From Eledone cirrhosa (lineage: Eukaryota), in NCBI GenBank assembly GCA_964016885.1, contig OZ024742.1, positions 105,586,001 through 105,650,000 of the forward strand: 64,000 nucleotides of DNA, in the 5' to 3' direction. The notes under the pieces are model-generated. The model ran no database searches. It was not told the DNA's origin and worked only from the letters and a program-made list of their open reading frames with translations. Below, piece after piece: positions 27,961 to 41,869 of this stretch (positions within the stretch are counted from its first letter, which is position 1; each line of letters opens with the position of its first letter). The translations under genes and the position numbers were made by a program.

Positions 27961-28149
27961 CAGGTAGACGACCAGTTAGGGCACTGTAACTGGTAGATCT
28001 CGCAGTAACTGAAGAGGGCGGATTGATGCTATAGGACCAACACACTGCATAGTCGTCAGACCCGTCGAGATATTTGTAATAGAAAATTTCCGAATAAATT
28101 GTACACTTATTATTCACTATATCTATCTATATATATATATTTATGTATC

Positions 28150-28232
<83 letters not shown>

Positions 28233-28274
28233 CTTCAAAATATTAATAAATATAGACATTCATGTGATCAAATA

Positions 28275-28340
28275 TATTTTATTATATATATTTCAGAGGT
28301 ACTGAGCTGTTTCATCAGTACGTCCTCATCAGATAAAATA
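28275..28340 (-). ncRNA. HHR motif family 1 inside palindrome ~28230-28490
   Basis: TATTTTAT-CTGATGA-GGACGTACTG...CAGTACCTCT-GAAA-T-ATAT-A-TA-ATAAAATA. Confidence 0.75.
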
Positions 28341-28491
28341 AATTGATGTCTGACATACCTCAACTGTGCTGATGGTTCAATTCCAGTTTTGGAAAAACTG
28401 ATGAAACAGCCTCAGTACCTCTGAAATATATATAATAAAATATATTTGATCACATGAATGTTTATATTTATTAATATTTTGAAGTAATATT

Positions 28492-28680
28492 AATTGTTTC
28501 TACTTTAGGCACAATGCCAGCAATTACCCAGTGCATTACTGGTACTTTATTTTATCGACCCCGTAAGGATGAAAGGCAAAGTCAACCTCGGCGGGATTTG
28601 AACTCAGATCGTAAAGGGACGTAACTATGCTGGAAAGCATGGCGTCCGACCCTCTACCGATACTGCCAATCCACCGCCCT
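28492..28680 (-). mobile_element. SINE family A with ~17-bp TSD, inserted into the HHR family-1 repeat
   Basis: TTTGAAGTAATATTAAT on both sides. Confidence 0.88.
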
Positions 28681-28797
28681 TTTGAAGTAATATTAATAAC
28701 TCCAGAAAACCTAATTGTTGAGTGCTTCTAATCTATTGTAAAACTATATTCATTGATTAATCAATGAACCTTCTTAAACTTTTGGTTATATATATAT

Positions 28798-28847
<50 letters not shown>

Positions 28848-28972
28848 AAAAAAGTTGAAATCGAAAATGCAACTGGAGTCTTTTTAAGAATATTTATTTG
28901 TATCCTTTATCGGTTTCACAGTTCTTATGCTTTTCAAAAGTAGAATTGAGATGGAGGGTTTGTGGTTTTTCT

Positions 28973-29044
<72 letters not shown>

Positions 29045-29048
<4 letters not shown>

Positions 29049-29249
29049 CATTCAATTAGAAATCGATTGACATATATATATATATATATATATATAAAAT
29101 AAACATATGAAACAATCACAGGAGATAATTTGTAAAGAGTGTAAGCACATATAGCTACGTAGTTAACTAATTAAACTTTAATTAGTTACCTACGTAGCTA
29201 TGTGTGCTTACACTCTTTACAAATTATCCCCTGTGATTGTTTCATATTT

Positions 29250-29302
<53 letters not shown>

Positions 29303-29330
29303 AATCGATTTCTAATTGAATGCTTATAAA
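29045..29330. repeat. Fold-back palindrome with internal (TA)n; related to 58060-58240
   Basis: AAGCATTCAATTAGAAATCGATTGAC / GTCAATCGATTTCTAATTGAATGCTT; centre near 29175. Confidence 0.8.
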
Positions 29331-29421
29331 TGCTCGGATCTATCCATTAGAATCTTTGAGCATATTCTACAGAGGTTATGGCGCATGTTTCTCCGACATG
29401 ACATCCTTAATTTAATTTTGG

Positions 29422-29455
<34 letters not shown>

Positions 29456-29740
29456 TTGCGAGTTTTTTGATATGAAATCGTGTGTCGAAACAAATATTTT
29501 TATACTTGGTGAGGGTCATATTTGTGTAATAATATTGCCAGAATTAATAACAGAACACACTCACTCTTTGGTTGGTTTTCGCTTCTGTGTCTTTTATATC
29601 GGTTAATTTAATTTATTCGGTCTTCAATGTTACCATTGACTGACCAACGGTCAAAAATACAGATATAATATAGACACAAACACATATATATAGTCTAACA
29701 AATTTCTTCCGTTGCACATCTGCAACATCGTCAGTGGTGC

Positions 29741-29825
<85 letters not shown>

Positions 29826-32342
29826 TGAAGAATAAGTGTGCAAAATGGGTTTTTACAATTTATTCGGAAATTTTCTATTACAATATATATAAATATGAAT
29901 ATATATAAAACACTTATCTTTTGAATATGACCTCGGATGTCTGGGTACAGCACCTCAGATGAACAATATGACCTCAGATGAACAATATTTCAATGTGGAT
30001 TTTATTTGAACTTTGTAGAGAGTCGACGACACATTGTAGTTTGTAAAGTATTATCAATGAAGTCCCAGTGACTGGCGCGGCCTGTAGTTTGGATGTCACG
30101 CTAGTCAAACGACTAGCGTGACATCCAAATGTTCATCATGACATTTCAATGGCCTTTAGAAATATTTGACGGAGCCTATCTCTTCTTCAAGTATATATAA
30201 TCTGATCTCCCCACACCAAGAAAAATAAACAACAATCTACTTTTGCCAGTGTCGTAAGATATCACTATAATTGCTCCTCAATGATTGTAAGGATTAGCAT
30301 TTGTAGTGACTTTGTTGTGCGTTCTTCATGTGTAATGTGAGAGAGGTATTGCTTTACTGTCCTCTTGATATGTGTAATGATTGTATGTCTTTGTGTTGTG
30401 GAAACAGGCAAAAGTATCATGTCACCCTTGAAAGATGTTGCTAGATCTCTTTTTATGGAGGTAGTACTAGGAGCCTACGTTTCATATGGATAAAGCCCAG
30501 ATAATGACCTTTCAATTACTTCTATATAGTTTCAGTTTTCCCAATTTCATTCAGAAGCTTGTGTTTATCAGAGGCTACAGTAAAAGAAACTTGCCTAAGA
30601 TGCTATTCAGTAGGATCGAATCATGAAACTCATGATTACGAAGCGAACTTCTAAACCACTCAGTCATGTCCGCGCCCATTTAGGCTAATAATACACATGA
30701 ATAAACATGAAAATTATAGGAAAGGTAAAGGACTGTAAACTCATGATGCAGTCATAGGGCCGCCGCCCTGAGACACGGTATATCCTGGGCATTTTAGCCA
30801 TCCTTCTCCAATTTCTTCCTGAAAAGGAGAGAATGAGAAAGAAATAAAGATAGAGGAAGAATCGATCCTCTGTACTGGTATTTTATTTAGCGAGCTCGAA
30901 TGGATGACAAGCAAAGTTGACCTTGACCGGATTTGAACTCAGAACACAGATAGCCGAAACTAATAACTATCTATTTTTAATTAACCCCTCTGACGCCTCT
31001 GCCAAATTCGCCGTCTTCATGAAACTCATAGCATTTCTATAAATCTGAAATACTTCGTGCCTGTAAGAAATCAGTATTATCTCTTTTCGTTGCAATTACG
31101 AATTGTTACATAACTAGAAATCTGTATTTGATACCCGTGGGATCACGAAAAAAAAAAAACATTCTTTGAGTTTTGATATTTATAGAATAATATTTGAAGC
31201 TGTCTGCAGCTGTTTAAAAACATATTAAATATGTACAAGGTGCCACTTTTTACATAACTTAGGGTTGTTTTACCGATTAGGTTTCGAATTTAACTACCGT
31301 CACATCATGTTCAATAATTGGCGCCAGGATTAATGAAAAATGAAATTGCTGACACCAACAAAAAAAAAAAAAAAAAAGAAAAAAAGAGAAAAGAAAAGAA
31401 AAGAAAAGAAAAGAAAAGAAAAGAAAAATACGAAATAATTTTGTCGTCTGCATCATTGAAACAGTCAATATAGTAAATTATCATAACAATCACTATTTAC
31501 TCTATCAAAATTTTCTGTCGTTTGACCTCAAAATATTTCAACGAGCATTTTACACAAATAGATTTTAAACGAAATGCCAACAAAAATGAACTTCTTTCAT
31601 TCAATTTTTCCCCTTTTCCCTCCCTTGCTTATCACATGTGAAAGTATGGAATCGTTGTTTTGTCATATTTTTTTGTACTTATTTTCGTGTTCTCAATTTT
31701 CAAAAATAAAAATAAATAAATAAGTACGAAGAGAAATGAAAGTCTTCTCTCTTTTGTCAGCTTCCGTCAGACATGTTTTTTCAGCTGTTTGACAAATAGT
31801 TAACTTGTCAGCTGTTTATGTTTGCTGTCCGTTCTGTAGCAGCATTAACCTTCGTTGATATTAGAGGTTTTCTGAAAACAGAGATAATGTAAAAATTGAA
31901 TTTACTCAACTTTACGTCAATACATTTGGGACATTCTTCAAATTTCATGCTCGTTAGAACTTTTAAAGCACCTTATTATTTTAAAAGATCTTAAGGGGAC
32001 CGCAAATGCAGCGGAAAGATGTGTCACTTCAGAAATTCAGCATCTTTATCTTGAAAACTGATATCAATTGAGCAAATTTAATCTTACTTGTATTTTGGAG
32101 TTGCTTATCGATTGGGTAAAGCTGACATTCAAGAATAAAAATCTAAATAAGAAAGATAATTCAATCTCAGTTGATTGTTTATTTAGAAAATGTTTTTCTT
32201 TCAAAATTAAACCGATGTGAAATGGAGAAAGCTATATTTGAGTGTTGTTTGGAAACAATATTGACATGCTACAAGGTTGTCGAAGTGGTAGCATCTTATT
32301 CTAAGTGGCTTTAACATGTTGTTCTGAAGAGGTCTATATATT

Positions 32343-32427
<85 letters not shown>

Positions 32428-32574
32428 TTATGTATGATATATATGTATGTATCCATATATATATATATGCATACATGCATATATATATGTACTATATATC
32501 TATATATATGTATATATATCTATATATATCTATATATATCTATATATATCTATATATATCTATATATATATATA

Positions 32575-32651
<77 letters not shown>

Positions 32652-32684
32652 ATGTGTGTGCGCACACAGAGACTCACATACACG

Positions 32685-32715
<31 letters not shown>

Positions 32716-33202
32716 GTGTGTATATATGTACGTGTGTGTATGTATGTATGTATGTATGTATGTAAAGGTAAACAGAAATAACAAAACAAACGACACAGTG
32801 CATGAAAGAAATATATTAGTTTAACACTTGAAATATCAGGAAGAGAATCTGAACGTTTCGGATTTATTATCAGAAGATAGAGTTAGAAATAGAAAATAAA
32901 TAGAAAGTAGAGACTGATAAGAGGAAGGAAGGGGGAAAATGAGGAAAAAAAAGGTGGAGAAAAAATACACGTGCGGATTCAGTCAGCGATTTAACAATTC
33001 GACTTATTTTCACATTGCCGGCGATTTCATAACGTAGGCACGTCTATATGCAGAACATTAGTCATTGGAACTGACTGAGATCCAACAGTAACAACAACTT
33101 GTAGTATTTACATATATAATATACAGTAGAATGTTAGTGTGGTTATTTTTGAGGAGTGGAGGATAGTTTAGTTATAAAAATAAAACAAGATGGTGACTAA
33201 TA

Positions 33203-33395
33203 TAATTGTTTCTACTTTTGGCACAAGGCCAGCAATTACCGCAGTACATAACTGGTGCTTTATTTTATCAACCCCATAAGGATGAAAAGCAAAGTTAACC
33301 TCCGTGGGATTTGAACTCAGAACGTAAAGGGCCATAAATCGATGCTGCAGAGCATGGTGTCTGGCGCTCTACCGATACTGCCAATCCACCGCCCT
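33203..33395 (-). mobile_element. SINE family A with TSD TGGTGACTAATATAAT
   Basis: Family A sequence; flanking direct repeat. Confidence 0.85.
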
Positions 33396-34338
33396 TGGTG
33401 ACTAATATAATGTCAATCTCAAGGTAGGAATTTTTTTTGCCAATTCCAACGTCATTTCTTATGATAGTAAACTTCAATTATGAAACGGAGTATTATCAGT
33501 AAGCTATGTTCAAAATCACGTTTTTGATCTTTGTTACTCAAAGATTAAGATGGCGAATTGGCAGAGTCGTTAGGACATCGGATAAAGTATTTGTGGTATT
33601 CGTTCAAATCTCGCCGAGGTCAACTTTGCCTCGAACTTTCGTCGAAAAAAAAAAAGTACCTATTTAGTACAAGGTTCGATTCTTCCTCTATATCTCTTCT
33701 TCACCTCTTCTCTCTCACTCCCTATCCTTCTCTAGAAGAAATCTGCTTACTCAGGCCAGAGGAGGGATGGGCTCTGCTAGGCGTAAAATGGCCAAGAAAC
33801 GTTGTAGGTCAATAGGGCACCTCTACGACTTTATCAGGTGGTACGGGTCCATTCCAACATATACCACTCAAAGATATACTGCAGTCGAGTCTCGAATTGA
33901 AATTAAAAGCTACTTCAAAAGATATGGTATCATTGATACATACATTACATAGATGTGGTTGGGGCTTGTTTAATAAGGAAGGAAGAATAAAAAAAAGACG
34001 ATAGTTAGAATTAAGTATGTCAGGAAATGCGGTGAAGCAGGTTGAAAAATAAAAATAAACTAATATTATTCAACAAATACGGAGGACGACTCGACACGTT
34101 TCACTTTTATTAGAGGTCATAAGGGGAAAGTATATATATATATATATATATACATAACAAAGGAAGTGTGGTAAGGAACCAAGTGAACCATAACGCATCA
34201 GAGTACTCGATACTTAGGGTAGTAGAGTGGGTAATAAGAGAAGAGTCAAGACCCCGACGGCTGAGCTCCGGCCGTTTCGACAGTTGGAACTCGCTGTCGG
34301 TACGGCCGGAGCTCAGTCGTCGAAATCCTGACTCTTTC

Positions 34339-34467
<129 letters not shown>

Positions 34468-34709
34468 TAAAAGGAAAAGAAAATGGTGACAAATTTTTAC
34501 CAGTGAAAAATAGTTTAATTAGGAATAAGTAAAAATTAGTAATAAGTATTGGTTAGTATTCAGTTTTAGTTTTAAGTTTTTACCGGTTGCGCATTTCTAA
34601 TGCTTTTCAAAAATAATTTTGAGATAGAGCGCTCGTGATGTTTGCTCTAATCAGATTAGAGCAAACATCACGAGTATCGCTAAAAAGCTTTCTCCGATAT
34701 TGTATTTAT

Positions 34710-34803
<94 letters not shown>

Positions 34804-34812
34804 CATACATAT

Positions 34813-34887
<75 letters not shown>

Positions 34888-34888
34888 C

Positions 34889-34935
<47 letters not shown>

Positions 34936-34956
34936 CATACATACATATATATATAT

Positions 34957-35125
<169 letters not shown>

Positions 35126-35137
35126 CATATATATATA

Positions 35138-37870
35138 GTAATAATAATAAATTTGAAGACTAAAATCCAAAGAGGGCTCGATCTAGGTCTATTTTCGTAC
35201 TCCGTATATGCTACCTTATCGACAAATCCACTTCGAGCAAGAGCTTCATTGTAATAAGTGGAATGGTCGTTGAAAATACGCTCGTTGGTGGAAAGACGGG
35301 AAAGCCCCAACGAAACATTTCTTACCAGGTTCTTGGTTATGCTGGCAGGATTGTTGGAATGCTTACTTATGTAATTAAGCGTATCATTCGGCTTTCTATA
35401 CGGGTAATACAACCCATTCAATAAATTGAGGGTAACGTCGAGGTAATTAACGACCGAGAGATTGGCCTCAACCTGTATAGAGAGGTTGAAGCCTTTAAAG
35501 AAGGCTGTGAGTTCTTTTCTGAACCTGTCGCAAGCACGAGGTCCGCACTTAGTCATGGTCAAAAGACCATCGTCACGGTACAAACCACCGCACGGGCTGG
35601 GGAATTCGTCCTTGATAGAGAAAAGAAGGAAAAGGCCAATAAGATCAGTAACCTCCGCAGAGTCACTGGCGCCCATACTCACGTCGAATGGGGTACTATT
35701 GGATTTTTTAATCCAAATAGAGTCGTCGAAATTAATCACCGACTTAATGAACGCGTCTGTTTTCTGTATCAGGAGTTTTAGGTATGTTTTCCTGCTAGGT
35801 ACGGGTATGTTCTTTGTAGAAATATTCAGATGTTGTTTCTGCATGATGAATATAAGTCAGTAGAGTGCTCAACCGAGGGAGCCAAATAGTAATAATAATA
35901 AATTTGAAGACTAAAATCCAAAGAGGGCTCGATAAGGATAAATATATATCAAATATATAAGAACCGTAGAGCAAATATTTATTAAAATAACAGATTAAAG
36001 TTTAAGCAAAGAATCGCTGCTTTCACCCTTAACGGGATCTTCTGAAACTAACAAAGTCAATCTGTAAACGCAGAACTGGATATTTCAAAAAACGTTGCAA
36101 CCGGAGGAAGACAGGAAGACGATACTTTGGTTCGTGGAAACGTTCGCTGGCAAAGAACGGGAAAAAACGAATAATACGTCATTAATAGGAGCGGTGAAAA
36201 ACAATTACGCGCAAAGACAGAACCACGTTTATGGTATAAAAGAGGTCGTAGACTAATGTTCTCTTAGGTGGTGCATAGAGACGTTCTCTGGCAATGAACG
36301 AAAAAACGAAGATAATACGTCATATGTGGAGCGTGGAGAACAATAGCACGCAAAGACAAAACCACGTAAATGGTATAGCAGAAGTCGTAGACTAAAATTC
36401 TAACTAGGAGACCAAATGAATCTCCGCTACAGAGTTAAGAACAAGTAAATAAATACAATACAGAAGTAATAGAAATAAATAAATACATACACGCAAACAA
36501 ATACGTGCATACACAAGCATACGCAAAACCTTACCATAGGTATACAAAACCACGCACATATAAATATGTGTGTGTGTGTATGCGTGTATACAAATAAATA
36601 AATAATTATATAAACGTATATAAATAAATAAATACGTATATAACAAGCGCACACATATACCTACATATAAATACACGAATGTTCGGAGACGTAGGTCAAC
36701 TAAAACAAGAAGTACACAATACACACACCCACCATACGTACGAACCGTGCGGCGCAGAGGTCACATGGTCTTTTATTTCCGTTATACGATCTAGCCCTAG
36801 CTAGGATCTCCCAGTGTAACTTATATTGGGTGTGGTTGTCTTTTAGACTCCAGATATAAGCTGAAAGTGACGTCATATTCCTTCTTAGAGGGTAACGAAA
36901 AGAATGTGTATGCATGTAAAGTCGCTGCTTGAATCTATTGGCGGTTAACCCTATGTAGGCCCTACGGGACGTGGGTGTTACAACCTTACATTTGTAGACA
37001 ATGTTACTAGAGAGGCATTTCCCGGATATGGGGCAATCAGCCCGATTCCTACAATTACAGTTAGTACTAATTACAGGGTTGCACGTGTTCCTACGGCTAG
37101 GTAGTTTAGCTAAATTTGAAGCTGTGATGTTATGTGCAAGGTTAGGAGTCGTAGAGTAAGAAATTTTAATAGTATTTCTATTAAAAATGTTTCTATATTT
37201 ATGTGTAGGGGGAAAATGCTTCGTAATAAGGGAAAGAAAAATCTTAGCTAATCGTGTGGCCACCTCCATATTATATGGTGGGTTATACCAACAAATGCGA
37301 CGGGATCTATTTCTTCTAGGTCTATTTTCGTACTCAGTATAAGCTACCTTATCGACAAATCCACTTCGAGCAAGAGCTTCATTGTAATAAGTGGAATGGT
37401 CGTTGAAAATACGCTCGTTGGTGGAAAGACGGGAAAGCCTCAACGAAACGTTTCTTACCAGGTTCTTGGTTATGCTGGCAGGATGGTTGGAATGCTTACT
37501 TATGTAATTAAGCGTATTATTCGGCTTTCTATACGGGTAATACAACCCATTCAATAAATTGAGGGTAACGTCGAGGTAATTAACGACCGAGAGATTGGCC
37601 TCAACCTGTATAGAGAGGTTGAAGCCTTTGTTCTGTCTTTGCGCGTAATTGTTTTTCACCGCTCCTATTAATGACATATTATTCGTTTTTTCCCGTTCTT
37701 TGCCAGCGAACGTTTCCACGAACCAAAGTATCGTCTTCCTGTCTTCCTCCGGTTGCAACGTTTTTTGAAATATCCAGTTCTGCGTTTACAGATTGACTTT
37801 GTTAGTTTCAGAAGATCCCGTTAAGGGTGAAAGCAGCGATTCTTTGCTTAAACTTTAATCTGTTATTTTA

Positions 37871-37875
<5 letters not shown>
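35138..37875 (-). mobile_element. Rearranged partial-tandem Penelope-like (Naiad-type) element with inverted 5' pLTR
   Basis: High identity to 49743-53124. Internally deleted RT (35185-35844, GLYRDD), 5'UTR, pLTR/3'UTR (35976-36740), GIY-YIG part (36745-37627), inverted pLTR (37628-37875). (TA)n on both flanks. Confidence 0.9.
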
Positions 37876-37932
<57 letters not shown>

Positions 37933-38145
37933 AAAGGAGCCGATCGTAAGGTCAGACAAATGAAACAATATTTCCATTGCTATCTACCGGCCACAACATC
38001 TGACTGAAGGAGCAACGTGAAATAAAGTATTTTGCTCAAGAATACAACAGGTAGCCTTGTTAAAAAATCGAACCTTTCAGAAGTCCAGTACCTTAACCCC
38101 TAAACCATGCCATATCTGTCGATGTTTTTACGATGGAATCCTTAA

Positions 38146-38815
38146 GCATATATTTAATGTTTTCTGATTAAGGCACAAGGCTAACAATTTTGGAGGAGGG
38201 GAAAGTCGATTAAATCAACCCCAGTACATTACTAGTGCTTTATTTTATTGACTCCGTAAGGATGAAAGGGAAAGCTAACCATTGTGGGATTTGAACTCAC
38301 CATGTAAATAGCCGCAACTCTATGCCACAAAGCATGTTTCCCGACGCTCTACTGTTACTGACAATCCCTCGCCATAAGGATATATTTAATAATGGTTTCT
38401 GATATAGGCACAAGGCCAGCAATTTTTGGGGAGGGCAAAGTTCATTAAATTGACCCCAGTGCGTGACTGGTACTTTATTTTATCAACTCCGTAAGGATGA
38501 AAGACTAAGCTAACTTCGGCGGGATTTGTTCTCAGAACTTAAAGGGCCGTAACTCTATGCCACAAAGTATGTTGTCGACGCTCTTCCGAAACTGCCAATC
38601 CCTCGCCCTAAGGATATATTTAATAATTGTTTCTACTTTTGGCACAAGGCCAGTAATTGCCCAGTGTATTACTGGTACTTTATTTTATCGACCCCGTAAG
38701 GATGAAATCAAAGTTAACCTCGGCGGGATTGGAACTCAGAATGGAAAGGACCGTAACTCTTTGCGTCAAAGCATGGCATCCGACCCGCTACCGATACTGC
38801 CAATATATTTAATAA
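38146..38815 (-). mobile_element. Three head-to-tail SINE family A copies separated by a repeated spacer
   Basis: Each has tail, central domain and B box. TAAG(C/G)ATATATTTAAT recurs between copies. Confidence 0.85.
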
Positions 38816-39177
38816 TGCCTCTGTATAATGCACTAAAGTTAGCAATAAAAATAAACATAAAGTGTTACAATATCTTATTGGCCCAGCGCTTTATTGTATT
38901 CTGTCTGTTCTGAGAAATTGTTAAAAACAGAAAAGAACAACCACAACAACAAAAACAAAAACAACTACAAAATCAATGAAGCCTCTATGTGGTCGCTCGA
39001 TTTGCTAAAAATATCAACTAAATGTGCCTCATATCCCATCCTACTAGCTTAACCTCCTAAAAAAAAAAACCCAAAACAAAAACGACAAACAAACAACCCA
39101 GTACATTGGGTAATGTCTAAAATGCACTATGTTTGAAAAAGACGTGATAGGCACAGCTGGAAGAAGAGTAATAATTG

Positions 39178-39312
39178 CTTTATTTTATCGACCCCATAAG
39201 GATGAAAGGCAAAGCTAACTTCGGTGGGATTTGAACTCAGAACGTAAAGGGCCGTAACTCTTTGCTGCGAAACATTGTCCGACGCTCTACGATACTGCCA
39301 ATCCACCGCCCT
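39178..39312 (-). mobile_element. SINE family A, 3' part missing
   Basis: TTTATTTTATCGACCCC...GGATTTGAACTCAG...GCCAATCCACCGCCC. Confidence 0.8.
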
Positions 39313-40539
39313 TGGAAGAGTATTAATAAAATCAATTTTTGATGGTGAGGTACAAAATCAAAGTTTATGAGAGAGGAAACAGATAATTAAAAAGACCAGA
39401 TTAATACAACTATTTTTGTTATCAATGTAAGGGTTTGAACCACGAACAAGTGAGGTAGCAAAACAGAAGTAAGTAGTCGAAAGTATTTTGTCAAGTAATC
39501 AACATTGACGGGCCCATTTCCCTCAGTTTTAGTTGGAGTGAAAATAGCAGGAACAGAAAGCAAGCAAGCAGCAACTACAACAACAGTAATAACAATAAAA
39601 AAGCTACACGAAGGACAAAGGTCATCAGAATATAAGATAAATTCCGACAGATCAATTTATGGCAAAGTTACGTGAGAATATAAAGACTTTATCACTACAC
39701 CATATCTCTTTCAGCTACTATTCCACTACTCTTATTTATTTACTCTGTCATTGAACTTTCTAGATATCCTAATAGACAACACGTTCGGAAAGAATAAGAT
39801 GAAGAAAAATAAGAAAGAAACAAAGAAAGAACGTATGAAAGATGTAAAGGAAACGCTAACAAACCAGAGTCAGTGGATTTCTGTTTTTGTTTTTGCTTTA
39901 TTTGTTTATTTTCCCTTCCTTCCAAAGTGTCGCTTGATAAGGAAGCTGGACATGTAAACAGATGGTGAACATTCATAGATCGCTCATTACCTCACGCTAC
40001 CACATCCCCGCATCTTCCACCGCCTTCAAGCCCGCCATCTGAAATGACCCTACACCATACACCCGCTTCTTTACACGTGCGAAGTGAAGAAACAATATTT
40101 TCACAAATCTAACAACAACATCACGACGAAATGCCACACACATATATGTATATATGCACACTATACCGCCACCATAATAGAAAACAAGGGAGACAACAAC
40201 ACCAATACCAATAATAATATCTACCCTCATCACTATCACCATCATCATTACTAACACCTCCATTACCACTGTAATGATAACTATAAGTCTATAAATTAGA
40301 AATACGATAATGTCTTGTGTATGTGATATAATGAGTTGAAAAACTTCGATCAACTGAGATAATTCAAGCAATTAATAGACAAAATCTTTTTCTATGGGCG
40401 TTTAAAATAAAATAAATAACAGGCAAGAGGGATAACTTCGATAAAATCAGTTGATGGAAAGTTTTGGACAATATAGCGTATGCAGATTGGAGTGGATATA
40501 GTCATATACACTCACTCACTCTCTGCTACTCCATCTCCT

Positions 40540-40805
40540 ACTTCCTCCCGTTCGACCTGTGCGAGATTCTTTCCTCACGCACACTTCGACCAGGTCGTAT
40601 GGTCTTTATTCTCTTTCGTCTACGATTTCACAGAACTTATATTCATCGATTTCAGGGACTTGACTCCTTCTTCCTCCCGTTTGACCTGTGCGAAATTCTT
40701 TCCTTACTCACATTTCGACCAGGTTTGATGGTCTTTATTCTCTCTCGTCCGCGATTTCACAGAACTTATGTTCATCGATTTCAGGGACTTGACTCCTTCT
40801 TCCTC
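40540..40805. repeat. Two-copy 129-bp tandem repeat
   Basis: CTTCCTCCCG at 40541 and 40670; internal blocks (GACCTGTGCGA, TCGACCAGGT, GATTTCACAGAACTTAT, TTCAGGGACTTGACTCC) repeat. Confidence 0.85.
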
Positions 40806-40979
40806 ACTTTTCGTTGCATTACCATCTTTGATTGTTTACTGTCTCGCTTGTTCCCCCTATTTACGTGTCCCAACAACTTTCTTTAGCCGTTGCTCGCACC
40901 AACCGGAGGTATATGGTCTTTAAAGCGATGAAATACCAATGAAGGTTGGAAGATCACTGATGAAGGACTAAATTTATTC

Positions 40980-41054
<75 letters not shown>

Positions 41055-41161
41055 ATGTATGTATATATATATATATATATATGTATATGTATATATGTAT
41101 ATATATATATTGAAAGAGTGAAGAATAACATGGTCAACAGTTCAAAAAAGGGTTTTATTTA

Positions 41162-41273
41162 CAGTCTAACAATTGTTTCACTGATTAAGTTGTCTAAAAA
41201 TTGGTGAACACTTGGAGCTGTGCCACTCAATTTTAAATACGTTGTTAGCTTAACCAGATCATCGGAGAAGCTG
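41162..41273 (-). ncRNA. HHR motif with long stem II
   Basis: CAGCTTCT-CCGATGA-T-CTGGTTAAG...CTTAATCAG-T-GAAA-C-AATT-G-TT-AGACTG. Confidence 0.65.
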
Positions 41274-41348
41274 TATATATATATTTAAAGGTTAAACAAG
41301 GTTCAATGAATAAATCAAAGAATGAGTTTTACAATAGATTGGAAGCAG

Positions 41349-41454
<106 letters not shown>

Positions 41455-41729
41455 TATATATATGTAATAGGAACCAGTAAGAGCTGAGCTCAAGCCGTTT
41501 CGACGGCTAATTCTGGAGTCCAGAATTAGCCGTCGAAACGGCTTGAGCTCAGCTGTCGGGGTCTTACTGGTTCCTATTACCCACTCTACTACCTCAAGTA
41601 TTGAGTACTTTGGTGCGTTATGGTCCACCTGGTTCCTTACCACATTTCCTTCGTTATATATATATGTATATATGTATATATATATTAATTCAAAATATTA
41701 ACAAAAATAGACATTCGTGTGATCAAGTA

Positions 41730-41796
41730 TATTTTATTATACATATTTCAGAGGTACTGAGCTATCTTCAACAGTACGTCCTCATCAGATAAAATA
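41730..41796 (-). ncRNA. HHR motif family 1, third locus
   Basis: TATTTTAT-CTGATGA-GGACGTACTG...CAGTACCTCT-GAAA-T-ATGT-A-TA-ATAAAATA. Confidence 0.75.
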
Positions 41797-41869
41797 AGAT
41801 GATGCATGACATACCCTGACTTAGTAGATGGTTAAGATTCAGTCATAGTAGTCATGACTGAATCTTAAA

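Noticed and set aside
31750-32000. Possible mariner-like transposon end
   Set aside because: No matching TIR partner or transposase frame could be identified.
35740-35752. Internal Penelope deletion as a spliced-out intron
   Set aside because: Nearby GT/AG sites would give ATTAAAAGTCGG, but the junction reads ATTAAGTCGG. It fits microhomology deletion better.
38146-38815. CRISPR-like repeat-spacer array
   Set aside because: The long units are homologous SINEs and the short repeats are TSDs; eukaryotic context with no cas genes.
40923-40980. HHR at CACTGATGAAGGACTAAA (repeated at ~45226-45282)
   Set aside because: CTGATGA is present, but no GAAA, stem II or stem I follows; only a short dispersed repeat can be supported.
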